Origin: a virus | IMG/VR virus record: IMGVR_UViG_3300050160_000070 | DNA: 64,000 bases | Strand: one strand, 5' to 3' | Shown here: positions 45,412-53,641 of the stretch, piece by piece | Layout: every line of letters starts with the position of its first letter | Numbering within the stretch: the stretch's first letter is position 1 | The notes under the pieces: generated by a model | Told to the model about the DNA's origin: nothing | The model's database searches: none | The model's input: only the letters and a program-made list of their open reading frames with translations | Program-made: the position numbers and the translations under genes

Positions 45412-45645
45412 ATGAGCCAGCCCGTCTTTGTCGGCACCGCCTTCACCGGTCAGCCCGTCACCGCTGATGAGAAGGTGGAGTGTCCCGGCTGTGGTGAGTT
45501 GTGCGGACTGCGCAGCACTGGCTGGTTCGATCAGTACCGCGAAGAGAGCAAGGCGTCGCCTGCAGGCGGGGTGTATGTGCACTTCGGTTGCCTGTCACAG
45601 CGCCGGTTCGAAGAGGTCAACGAAGTTCACGCTGTCGCGGGTTGA
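45412..45645 (+). CDS. small zinc-finger-like protein
   Basis: CPGCGELC..HFGC; AAGGAG SD. Confidence 0.7.
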   Translation: MSQPVFVGTAFTGQPVTADEKVECPGCGELCGLRSTGWFDQYREESKASPAGGVYVHFGCLSQRRFEEVNEVHAVAG

Positions 45646-45732
45646 GGGCCAGCACAATGCAGAAGAGCAAGGTTGACTGGTTGGCTGAGCTGAAGTATAC
45701 TTCGGTCAAGGTCAAACAAGGAGAGAAGCAAC

Positions 45733-45987
45733 ATGGACATCAGCGAGCTGATCAAGCAAGTGCGGCGGTGGGTGCTGGGCGCCTGCACCGAGTGGAACGA
45801 GCAGGTGAAACAGTTCGCCGACCTGAACGGCGTTGAGTTCCGCGCGTTTGTTGAGCGCACAGCCAATGTGGTGATCCGCTACATCCGCGGGCAGCAGACG
45901 CTGGACGGCTCGTGCAGTGACCTGGAGTGCACGCTCGCCATCGAGGCACGGCACGTGTTCGGGTGGCATTCGACTTCGGTTGACTGA
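45733..45987 (+). CDS. hypothetical protein
   Basis: AAGGAG SD; promoter TTGACT(45673)-17-TATACT. Confidence 0.7.
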   Translation: MDISELIKQVRRWVLGACTEWNEQVKQFADLNGVEFRAFVERTANVVIRYIRGQQTLDGSCSDLECTLAIEARHVFGWHSTSVD

Positions 45988-46037
45988 ACGAAGGGGGAGG
46001 TGTTATCATCCCCCCTTTTTACCTCAGGAGTTCGTAT

Positions 46038-46406
46038 ATGAACAAGCTGATCGCTTCCCTTATGCTCGCCCTGGCTGGCTTCGCGCAAGCTGCCACGACG
46101 AGCTCGTCAACCAAAGTCGAAGTACTGTCCGCTCAGACAAGTGCTGTGGTTGACTACGGCGCCATGCCACGCATGATGATGTTCCACTCGGAACGCAATG
46201 CGATATCGGTAGACGGCATGATCCTAGTCTGCCTTCGCGAATTCCGCGCGAAGGAGGGTGATTGCACTCACCCAACGACGGGCGAAAACGCTTGGCGTGA
46301 ACTAGGCTCCATCGCTCCAAGCGGCTGGAAGGTTGTTGCGTATGATGTCCGGTTTGTTGGTTCTGGTTACCGATACGTGATCGTGTACTTTGCACGTGTG
46401 AAGTGA
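46038..46406 (+). CDS. secreted protein (signal peptide)
   Basis: MNKLIASLMLALAGFAQA; CAGGAG SD. Confidence 0.75.
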   Translation: MNKLIASLMLALAGFAQAATTSSSTKVEVLSAQTSAVVDYGAMPRMMMFHSERNAISVDGMILVCLREFRAKEGDCTHPTTGENAWRELGSIAPSGWKVVAYDVRFVGSGYRYVIVYFARVK

Positions 46407-46417
46407 TCTCCGGTGAC

Positions 46418-46438
46418 TATCCCGTAAATAGCGGGATA
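46418..46438 (+). promoter_or_regulatory. T4-late-like TAAATA box in a hairpin loop
   Basis: TATCCCG-TAAATAG-CGGGATA upstream of the MKVADLFE gene. Confidence 0.6.
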
Positions 46439-46458
46439 CAGTCAAGGAGACCACTTCA

Positions 46459-46719
46459 ATGAAAGTAGCAGACCTGTTCGAAGGCGCAATGAAGCGCAGT
46501 GACCCGTACGTTAGCGGCGATCGGGAGGGAGCCCCAGCCCCCGCGGCTCCTAAGAAGCGTAAGGTTGATAGGTTCGAGACGATGGCTCGCAAGGCTGGTG
46601 TCAGCGTCGCCGCTGTTCGTAGTGCATGGCACGCCGCTAAGAAGGAAGTCGACATGTCCCGCACCAATGCGTATGCGATTGTACAGCGAAAGGTGATGGA
46701 CCAGCTAGCGGCACGCTGA
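46459..46719 (+). CDS. probable late small basic protein (MKVADLFE N-terminus)
   Basis: AAGGAG SD; TAAATA upstream. Confidence 0.75.
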   Translation: MKVADLFEGAMKRSDPYVSGDREGAPAPAAPKKRKVDRFETMARKAGVSVAAVRSAWHAAKKEVDMSRTNAYAIVQRKVMDQLAAR

Positions 46720-46802
46720 GCCTGCTGATCGCTGCGCACAACTGCGTTGACCACCGGTGAGGGTTGATGTATCATCCCCTCATTGATTCAATAAGGACGC
46801 AA

Positions 46803-47021
46803 GTGATGACTCTCCTCGAGCAGATCAACCAGCAACAACAGGTTGTGCATGCTGCTGAAGATGCCCGCCGTGAGGCGGCCGTGCAGCTGAACAAGCTCCT
46901 TGACCAACGCATGGACTGCGACCATGACTTCAGCAAGCCGTTGAAGGGATACGAACACGAAGGTGGTCATTGCGTCAAGTGTGGCATCAACGAAGTGTTC
47001 TGGGCTTGCACCAAGCGTTGA
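46803..47021 (+). CDS. small protein with C-terminal Cys/His cluster
   Basis: CDH..HCVKCG; single ORF between near-identical promoters. Confidence 0.7.
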   Translation: MMTLLEQINQQQQVVHAAEDARREAAVQLNKLLDQRMDCDHDFSKPLKGYEHEGGHCVKCGINEVFWACTKR

Positions 47022-47098
47022 TCGTGCGATGACCTAAGTTGACCATTGGTGAGGGTTGATGTATCATCCCCTCATTGATTCAACTGGAGAACAATCAC

Positions 47099-47335
47099 AT
47101 GACCAACGAAGACCAAGTCCGCTCTCTCGTCAAAGGCACTACTGTTGCAAAGGCGGTTGAAGTGCTGGAGCGGCTAAAGAAGCTCGCCGCATTGAAGATC
47201 GCCTCTGACAATGAAGACTTCAACGCGTGCGACTACAGCGGCGGCAACTACGACGATGCCTTCGACATTGGTGAGTGGTGCGGTAAAGTGCAGGCAGCTC
47301 GTGACCTGCTGGATGAGCTCGGGATCGAGTACTGA
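47099..47335 (+). CDS. small hypothetical protein
   Basis: GGAG SD. Confidence 0.7.
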   Translation: MTNEDQVRSLVKGTTVAKAVEVLERLKKLAALKIASDNEDFNACDYSGGNYDDAFDIGEWCGKVQAARDLLDELGIEY

Positions 47336-47340
47336 GCTGT

Positions 47341-47556
47341 ATGAGTGAACAAACAAATGCGTACGGTGAGCGTTGGTTGGTGTGTCCGGAGTGCAGTAGC
47401 CGAGACGTTGCCGTTACCGCTGAGCAAATGCTGATGGTGAACACCGGCGACCATTACTGCCATAGCGTCAAGGCGCATGACGATGATGCAAAAGCTAGGT
47501 GCCTGGATTGTGGCTGGGCTGGTGCGCGCAGCGACCTCAGCACTGAAAGCGACTGA
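47341..47556 (+). CDS. small zinc-ribbon protein
   Basis: CPEC..CLDC. Confidence 0.7.
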   Translation: MSEQTNAYGERWLVCPECSSRDVAVTAEQMLMVNTGDHYCHSVKAHDDDAKARCLDCGWAGARSDLSTESD

Positions 47557-47625
47557 ACCAGACCGCGTTGACCTACGATAGGGGGATGAGAGATCATCCC
47601 CCTATTCTATTATAGGAGTCGAATA

Positions 47626-48186
47626 ATGGCAACACAAAAGAAGAAGGCTGTGAAGGTGCAGCCTCAGAAGCCTGTGACGAACCAAGTGTCCGCCTACCAG
47701 GCTGCGCTCGCCGTGTTCGCCAAGGGCGGTCTCAACTACTCGATGATCGTGCTGGCTCTTGCCCAGAAGCACCCGTCACTGTTCCTGGAGCTGGCTGCAG
47801 AGGGATCGCGACCCGCGCCAACCAATGATGAACCAGAGTCAATGCTACAAGCGATCCGTGAGCGCAAGCAACAAGCTGATGTCAAGGTGGCTTACACCAA
47901 TGGAGGCCAGCAAGTGGCCAGGGGCAACCGGGATACGCTGACTAAGGTGCTGCAGGCACTCCGCAGCAAGGCTCCGATCCCTGCGATCAAGCTGCTCCGG
48001 GAGCGGTTCGGCTACGGCCTGAGGGATGCGAAGGACATCGTTGACGCCGTCCGGTTGACGATGTGGCAGCGCGATCAGCTGCCGGGGGATAAGCCCATGT
48101 TCTCCGGCCGTACGTTGGAGCTCCAGCACCAACACGTAGTGCATGCTCTGCTGATGATCGCCGAAGAAGACCATCCCGCTCGTTGA
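47626..48186 (+). CDS. protein with ribosomal L7/L12 C-terminal-like domain
   Basis: APIPAIKLLRERFGYGLRDAKDIVD resembles K(I/V)xAIKxxRxxxGLGLKEAKxxV. Confidence 0.65.
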   Translation: MATQKKKAVKVQPQKPVTNQVSAYQAALAVFAKGGLNYSMIVLALAQKHPSLFLELAAEGSRPAPTNDEPESMLQAIRERKQQADVKVAYTNGGQQVARGNRDTLTKVLQALRSKAPIPAIKLLRERFGYGLRDAKDIVDAVRLTMWQRDQLPGDKPMFSGRTLELQHQHVVHALLMIAEEDHPAR

Positions 48187-48207
48187 GCCTACGGTAGGAG
48201 TTAGTGT

Positions 48208-48810
48208 ATGCTTACGGAAGAGGAACGCGCTGATGTGTGGCTTCGTGCCCGTGTTAATGGACAGTTCGCTCCAAGCACAAAGTATCCAGGTCGGTATGAT
48301 GTGAACGGAAACTTTACACTTCAACCAACAGATACCGAGATTGAAGTACCGATCGGGATCGTCAGTGGCTCGTTCTTCGTCGGGGTGATGTTTGACGACG
48401 ATCAGCGCATGTGCTGCAGGCTGGAGTCTCTGCATAACGGGCCGGTTGAAGTGGCGAGGAACTTCAACCTGGCTCGAGCGCCCATTAAATCGCTCGAGTA
48501 CGGACCTCAAGTTGTTGGTGGGGACTATTCGGCCGCAAAGACGAAGGTGGCTTCACTTGAACACATTGCGCCCGTGATCGGGGGTTGTCTCAACGTCTCC
48601 AGGACCCCGTTCAGTGACCAAGCTGCTAAGTATCTGCTGTGGCCGTTTGCGATGAAGAGCTCGTTTACCTCAGTCAGCTTCTTTAAGACTGAGCTTGCGG
48701 TAGAGAACATTATCAACAAGCACCTGGCTGAAGGCGACATGCTGACGTGCCAGGAGGAGTTGATTGATGCGGGGTTTGCTCAGTGCGCCCGGTTGCCACC
48801 GAAAGGGTAA
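48208..48810 (+). CDS. leucine-rich-repeat-like jumbo-phage protein
   Basis: Repeats IKSLEYGPQVVGG / VASLEHIAPVIGG; C-terminal CQEELIDAG. Confidence 0.65.
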   Translation: MLTEEERADVWLRARVNGQFAPSTKYPGRYDVNGNFTLQPTDTEIEVPIGIVSGSFFVGVMFDDDQRMCCRLESLHNGPVEVARNFNLARAPIKSLEYGPQVVGGDYSAAKTKVASLEHIAPVIGGCLNVSRTPFSDQAAKYLLWPFAMKSSFTSVSFFKTELAVENIINKHLAEGDMLTCQEELIDAGFAQCARLPPKG

Positions 48811-48857
48811 TCAAGCTATAGTCTCCCCTATTGTAACACATACAGAGGAGCACGCAC

Positions 48858-49175
48858 ATGATCGAACTACACGACAATCCGGAAGCATTGTTCGAGGCGG
48901 ACAACCAAGACCGCTTTCTGCTAGGTGGCCGAGAGGTGGTGCTCTGTGAGTGTTGGCTGGGTGGTCACTCGATCTACATCAGCGCTGCTGACAGTCCCGG
49001 CTACCACAACCCCGCGCTCGCTAAGGAGCTGGAAGAGTCGGATAACCTTTTTAGTGACGGCCCCAACTACAGCGACGTGTGGTGGCATGTGCGGCCTAGC
49101 GCTGACGGAGCTGCGGTGCATACCGTCCAGCAGATGGTTGACATGATCAAGAATCGCCTGTACGCTATTGGCTAA
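48858..49175 (+). CDS. hypothetical protein
   Basis: GAGGAG SD. Confidence 0.7.
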   Translation: MIELHDNPEALFEADNQDRFLLGGREVVLCECWLGGHSIYISAADSPGYHNPALAKELEESDNLFSDGPNYSDVWWHVRPSADGAAVHTVQQMVDMIKNRLYAIG

Positions 49176-49308
49176 TGAGAGCACACGGAGCAAGACGCAC
49201 CTATGCCAAGTGCAGGGTGGTGAGAGCAGGGTTCGGCAAGAAGATCGTCGTTCGACTGCACGTAAAGAACCACAAGACTGATAGGCAGAAGCCTGTTGGT
49301 GAGGAAAC

Positions 49309-49566
49309 ATGATGGCAACAAAGAAAGTACAGACGAAGGTGACAAGGCCACCCACTGCAAGGATAACCCACAAGCCGCTTGAGTGCTTCACCATTCGTGA
49401 GCCGGTGGAAGAGGTGGAGGTGGTCGTTAACGGCAAGAAGCAGAAGGTGTGGCGGTTCCAGGAGTACCATTATACCACCGATGAACGTCCTGTGACACAC
49501 AACGGTGTGCAGTACATTCCTGTGCAGTCGTTCCATCCGTCACTGATGGTGAAGGAGACCGTATGA
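49309..49566 (+). CDS. hypothetical protein
   Basis: GAGGA SD. Confidence 0.7.
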   Translation: MMATKKVQTKVTRPPTARITHKPLECFTIREPVEEVEVVVNGKKQKVWRFQEYHYTTDERPVTHNGVQYIPVQSFHPSLMVKETV

Positions 49567-49766
49567 TCGGTTCTATTGCTTGGATGACTGCGGCGATCGT
49601 TGCGGTGCTCATTGTCCTGCTATACCTCCCGCTGGTCTTGTTAGTTGTTGGGAGCTTTGTGGGACTATTCGCGTTAATGTGGGCTCTCGGCGTACCGATT
49701 GTGGTGACCAAGAACGGAAAGAAGATTGGCTACTACAAGTGGCTGACATTCTACCGCAATGAGTAA
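49563..49766 (+). CDS. small membrane protein
   Basis: Long hydrophobic stretch. Confidence 0.7.
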   Translation: MIGSIAWMTAAIVAVLIVLLYLPLVLLVVGSFVGLFALMWALGVPIVVTKNGKKIGYYKWLTFYRNE

Positions 49767-49782
49767 GCGTTGAGGTGCACAC

Positions 49783-50232
49783 ATGCTGATTCTAGAGAAC
49801 CGTAAGGCCCGCTTTGATTATCACATCGGTGATGTGATCCAAGTCGGCATAGTGTTGGAGGGGTGGGAGGTCAAGTCGATCCGTGACCACCGGTTGACAA
49901 TGCCGGCTGGGTATGTGATCATCCGCGACGGAGAGTTGTGGTTGACGGGGTTGACAATCACTCCGCTCAACTCTGCCAGCACCCACGTCACCGCTGTGAA
50001 GGACCGCACGCGCAAGTTGTTAGCAAAGCGTAAGGAGATTGACAGACTGATTGGGTCGATTGATCAGAAGGGGTACACAATTGTCCCCGTTTCTTTGGTC
50101 TGGCACAACGGAGTCGTCAAGGTCAACATTGCACTTGCAAAGGGCAAATCTCATAGCGACAAGCGTCACTCCGAACACGACAAAGATGTTGCTCGAGAGA
50201 TTGATCGGATGTTGAAAAACAAAGGAAGGTAA
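49783..50232 (+). CDS. smpB: SsrA-binding protein SmpB
   Basis: ENRKARFDY, GIVLEGWEVKSIR, RTRKLL, GYTIVP, KVNIALAKGK..DKR tail. Confidence 0.95.
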   Translation: MLILENRKARFDYHIGDVIQVGIVLEGWEVKSIRDHRLTMPAGYVIIRDGELWLTGLTITPLNSASTHVTAVKDRTRKLLAKRKEIDRLIGSIDQKGYTIVPVSLVWHNGVVKVNIALAKGKSHSDKRHSEHDKDVAREIDRMLKNKGR

Positions 50233-50238
50233 CAGACA

Positions 50239-50634
50239 ATGAGCACGTTGAAGGAACTAATCAACAAGGCGATCTCGGACATCGACCTATACAAGCATCC
50301 TGATATTGACGAGGCGAAGGCTCGACTGGACGAGTTGCTCGTCGCCGCAGGGTTAGGGACAATCAAGGGCGACTACTTGTCTGACCTGGATATGTACAAC
50401 AACAAGCTGCACATCCGTACGGAGTGGAGTGCTCGTGGTTGTGCCAATCACAGCGATTATGAACTGCCGATCAGTATCCTCGAAGCAGAGGATCCAATCA
50501 AGGCTGCAACTGTGTGGGGCCTGCAGCAAAAGATCGATCAAGAGACGGCACAGATCAGGACGTACCAAGCGTACGTTGATAGCGCCACCACTCGGGTCAT
50601 CGATCTGCTCCAGCGGTTAGGAGAGGTGCAGTGA
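50239..50634 (+). CDS. hypothetical protein
   Basis: GGAAGG SD. Confidence 0.75.
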   Translation: MSTLKELINKAISDIDLYKHPDIDEAKARLDELLVAAGLGTIKGDYLSDLDMYNNKLHIRTEWSARGCANHSDYELPISILEAEDPIKAATVWGLQQKIDQETAQIRTYQAYVDSATTRVIDLLQRLGEVQ

Positions 50635-50825
50635 TTGTACTATACATTGCGGTGATGATCATCACTGCAGGTATGATTGGTGGAGTGCGAGACGGGATGG
50701 AGGGAGTCCTCGACCTAGCAACAATCATCTTCTGGCCTGTAGCTCTTGCATTTTGGACACTCTACTGGATAATCAAGTCGCTGTACCGTTTTGGGCAGTG
50801 GCTGGGGAAGGGACTTGATGGCTAA
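50631..50825 (+). CDS. small membrane protein
   Basis: Two hydrophobic segments. Confidence 0.65.
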   Translation: MIVLYIAVMIITAGMIGGVRDGMEGVLDLATIIFWPVALAFWTLYWIIKSLYRFGQWLGKGLDG

Positions 50826-51012
50826 GCAGACTTGGGGTCTACAAATTCCGGGGTATAGTAGCCCCAGTGTAGCACAGCAGAAGCGGTTCGCCAAGATGTA
50901 TCCTGAGGAGCTTGCTTGGCATCAGCTTGACCAGGAGTTGGATGAACGCGACCGCATGATTGAGCAGCTTCGGAAGAAGCGTCTTGCTGACAACACACAG
51001 ACGGCTAAATAG
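50818..51012 (+). CDS. small hypothetical protein
   Basis: Overlapping packing. Confidence 0.6.
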   Translation: MAKQTWGLQIPGYSSPSVAQQKRFAKMYPEELAWHQLDQELDERDRMIEQLRKKRLADNTQTAK

Positions 51013-51039
51013 GACAACTGTTTGTGAGGAGATGATAGC

Positions 51040-51390
51040 ATGCTATTGAACGAAGTAACCCAACCGCCTAAGAAAAAGAAGTGGACGATGCCTGATGGCA
51101 AGACGCGGTCCGCTGCTGAAGGTCCGTGGATCGCTTCTGACGATATCAGGCCGTTCCTCGCATGGTTGACCACTCAAGGGATTGAGTGGCGCGAGCACCC
51201 GGGACTGATGAGTAACGGTTATCAAGTGCGCCATGACGGACACTGGATGGGTCTGTTGTGGAATAAGAACTGGCGGCGCTATACTGCTGACCGCCGTCTC
51301 ACATTGATTGTGCAAAGCTTCGCGGCTGAAAAAGCGCAGGCCGTTGAGAGGATGCAGCAGCCCCGTCCTACCCTTTCTCTCAAGCGTTGA
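51040..51390 (+). CDS. probable late protein (MLLNEV N-terminus)
   Basis: TAAATA at 51006; GAGGAG SD. Confidence 0.75.
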   Translation: MLLNEVTQPPKKKKWTMPDGKTRSAAEGPWIASDDIRPFLAWLTTQGIEWREHPGLMSNGYQVRHDGHWMGLLWNKNWRRYTADRRLTLIVQSFAAEKAQAVERMQQPRPTLSLKR

Positions 51391-51447
51391 TCACTTTTAG
51401 GGGTTAACGTTATAGTGTCCTCTAACACATCCCCTTGAGGACACATA

Positions 51448-51747
51448 ATGAACAAGCTCAGTATATTGGTAGCAGTTGTAATGTCTGCTACTGCCGTTGG
51501 GTGTACCCAAAGCAACCAACCAACCTCGCTTCCAACTGAAGTGGAGCAAGCGATCACACTGGTCAATAGCAAAACGCTCAGCGACTGCCTGTATGAGCGG
51601 ATCATGATGCCAGTCTCAGGCGTCATCGGTAGCCATCTTGTCACAATGCACGTAATTCGCTGCCCGAACAGCTCTGTCACGACGAAGACGGAAGGGAAGT
51701 ACCCCGTGTCCACCACCTCCGTTGACCAGCGCGGAAGTGGCAAGTAA
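51448..51747 (+). CDS. putative lipoprotein
   Basis: Lipobox AVGC; GAGGA SD. Confidence 0.7.
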   Translation: MNKLSILVAVVMSATAVGCTQSNQPTSLPTEVEQAITLVNSKTLSDCLYERIMMPVSGVIGSHLVTMHVIRCPNSSVTTKTEGKYPVSTTSVDQRGSGK

Positions 51748-51968
51748 TGTCCCCCAACCAGATCAATAGAGAGCACGGCAAGCCTGTGTGGAAGTGCTGG
51801 CACTGCAGGGCAGAGTCGGGGCTGCATTGGTGGAACGGCCTATCAGTGGCGGTGTGTGACAATAAGGAATGTTCTGATGCATGCACCCAGTTCATCAACG
51901 ATGAAGCTGAGCGGGAGCAAGCATATCAGGACTATGTTCGTGAAACATACGGGGGAGATTTTGAATGA
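51747..51968 (+). CDS. small zinc-finger-like protein
   Basis: CWHC..CxxxxCxxxC. Confidence 0.65.
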   Translation: MSPNQINREHGKPVWKCWHCRAESGLHWWNGLSVAVCDNKECSDACTQFINDEAEREQAYQDYVRETYGGDFE

Positions 51969-52225
51969 CCAATACGCTATACGTTTTGCAGCATTCTCCC
52001 ACGGGTCTGTGGGTTAGCAGCACAGGTTATGCCACGCTTGATCGGTTTGATAAGGTGACGGTGTTTAAGTCTGAGAAGGCAGCATTGCGTGGCCGTACAG
52101 CGTTTCTTAATTTTGTACAACGTGCTAGTCGCTACCACGATAGCAGCACAATGGAAACTCGCACCGTTGCGGATGCATGTAGTGTTACTCTTAATGTTGT
52201 TCCTTTTACGATGAAGGATCTATAA
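51965..52225 (+). CDS. hypothetical protein
   Basis: ATGA overlap. Confidence 0.65.
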   Translation: MTNTLYVLQHSPTGLWVSSTGYATLDRFDKVTVFKSEKAALRGRTAFLNFVQRASRYHDSSTMETRTVADACSVTLNVVPFTMKDL

Positions 52226-53166
52226 TGACCAAGCTATCTGAATGGAAGAAAAAGTACTACCCCGTTGGTGCTTCCACTATCGCTCGCAAGAAGGGCGTCA
52301 CCGATCTTGAACTGCTTGATCATAGCATCTTGAAGTGGGAAGGTCTGCAGCAGGCGGCACTGAAGAATATGGGCGGTCATTTGGCGATGGGCACGACAGG
52401 GATTGTGTTTAAGGGCAACCCGTTTACAAATGAGCAGACAGCCATCATGCCGATCTCCAGCAAGAACTGTGCTCTTTGCCAGAAGTATGATCCTCCAAGA
52501 CGGGGCGATAGTTCATGCACCAAGTGCCCATTGGCAATCAGCCGGGGTGGGGTGCAGTGCTTCAGTCGTGCAGGGTCGGAGATGCGGTCACCGTGGAACA
52601 AGTTCAGTAGCGACAACGATCCAGTCCCAATGTTGCGTGCTCTGAAGAAGGCGCGCGCTAAGCTAATTGCGAAGCAGAGCGAGCAGGAGGTGCAGGTGAT
52701 TATCCCCGATACGTCGTGCAGCAAATGTGGACAGCCTTGGGATGAGCATGAGTTCGGTGTACCTGCTCCGTTCTGTCCTCCCGCCGTCAAGAAGCCTGCA
52801 CTGGATGTTCACATTGTTACTGCTCCAACGATCACCGTCCGCCTGGATGTGGCAACGGGTAGAGGGCTGCATGTGATGCTGAATGCTGTGTTGCACAAGG
52901 AGATTGAGCGGCAGCCGAACTGTCAGTACATCTTGGTGCACACTACTGCCGATCTTGTAGAGCAAGGTGCACAAACAATCAAACACCCAACCATTAAACA
53001 CATGAGCTGGCAGGGAGCAATCAAGGCTCGGCAGGCTACGGCACGGTGGCCCAGTAACACAACGGTTGTGTTTGTTGGTTGTAAATTGCCCAAGACGCTG
53101 ATGGACCGAATTGCATACGGTGCCACAGAAATTTGGGTGGTTGGGCGCAATGTCAGCCAAAGTTGA
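52225..53166 (+). CDS. multi-domain hypothetical protein with Cys clusters
   Basis: CALCQKY..CTKCPL..C; CSKCG..EH. Confidence 0.75.
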   Translation: MTKLSEWKKKYYPVGASTIARKKGVTDLELLDHSILKWEGLQQAALKNMGGHLAMGTTGIVFKGNPFTNEQTAIMPISSKNCALCQKYDPPRRGDSSCTKCPLAISRGGVQCFSRAGSEMRSPWNKFSSDNDPVPMLRALKKARAKLIAKQSEQEVQVIIPDTSCSKCGQPWDEHEFGVPAPFCPPAVKKPALDVHIVTAPTITVRLDVATGRGLHVMLNAVLHKEIERQPNCQYILVHTTADLVEQGAQTIKHPTIKHMSWQGAIKARQATARWPSNTTVVFVGCKLPKTLMDRIAYGATEIWVVGRNVSQS

Positions 53167-53220
53167 TCACCCTCCGGGTTGTCAGCTATACTTCCGATTA
53201 CATAATAGGATATAAGCATC

Positions 53221-53454
53221 ATGATGCTACGAGAGACTCGCTACTCTGTGATCAAGATCACAGACGGATTAGCATACCTAACACACGAGCAGTGCAACAA
53301 GTTGGATGAGCTGCTTGGCATCGTTGCGGCCGGAAGGGCGCGGGACGGTAAGCGGCCGCTGAAGTGTGTCATTGTTGAAGATGACTGGCCTGAATATGAG
53401 CAGGTGTGGCAACTGATCGAAGACCGTGTTGAGGGCGGTGTGAACTATGAGTAA
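53221..53454 (+). CDS. hypothetical phage protein
   Basis: VIVEDDWPEYEQVW motif. Confidence 0.75.
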   Translation: MMLRETRYSVIKITDGLAYLTHEQCNKLDELLGIVAAGRARDGKRPLKCVIVEDDWPEYEQVWQLIEDRVEGGVNYE

Positions 53455-53641
53455 TCTGGTCAAGCTGCACGGCCCAGATGCTGTACACGGACTCAACGTC
53501 TCGCTCCCTCGCATTCCTGTTGTTGGCGACAAGATCACTGACCGCTTGGTTACGTACCGAGTGGTTGAGGTGGATTTCAGGCGCGCAGCGGACGGAATCA
53601 ACTTCACCACATTTGTTGAGCTGGAGGAGGATCTACCATGA
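53447..53641 (+). CDS. small hypothetical protein
   Basis: Overlapping packing. Confidence 0.65.
   Translation: MSNLVKLHGPDAVHGLNVSLPRIPVVGDKITDRLVTYRVVEVDFRRAADGINFTTFVELEEDLP

Larger units (their letters stand above)
23524..47605 (+). promoter_or_regulatory. array of more than 35 sigma70-type early promoters, most embedded in inverted repeats
   Basis: -35 hexamers (TTGACN/TTGCNN/TTGATC-type) at 23524, 24385, 25287, 26067, 26549, 28421, 30326, 30921, 32189, 32994, 33701, 34395, 34689, 37547, 37918, 38461, 38804, 39398, 39779, 40436, 41017, 41560, 41790, 42033, 42396, 42666, 42921, 43180, 43801, 44096, 44438, 44742, 45107, 45357, 45673, 45980, 46747, 47039, 47568; each 16-18 nt from a TANNNT or GANNNT hexamer. 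Confidence 0.9.

Noticed and set aside
41007-47083. CRISPR array or integron attC cassette array
   Set aside because: The repeats are promoter modules separated by whole ORFs with variable internal sequence; GTTGAC/GTCAAC do not fit the RYYYAAC...GTTRRRY attC order; no cas or integrase gene is in the window.
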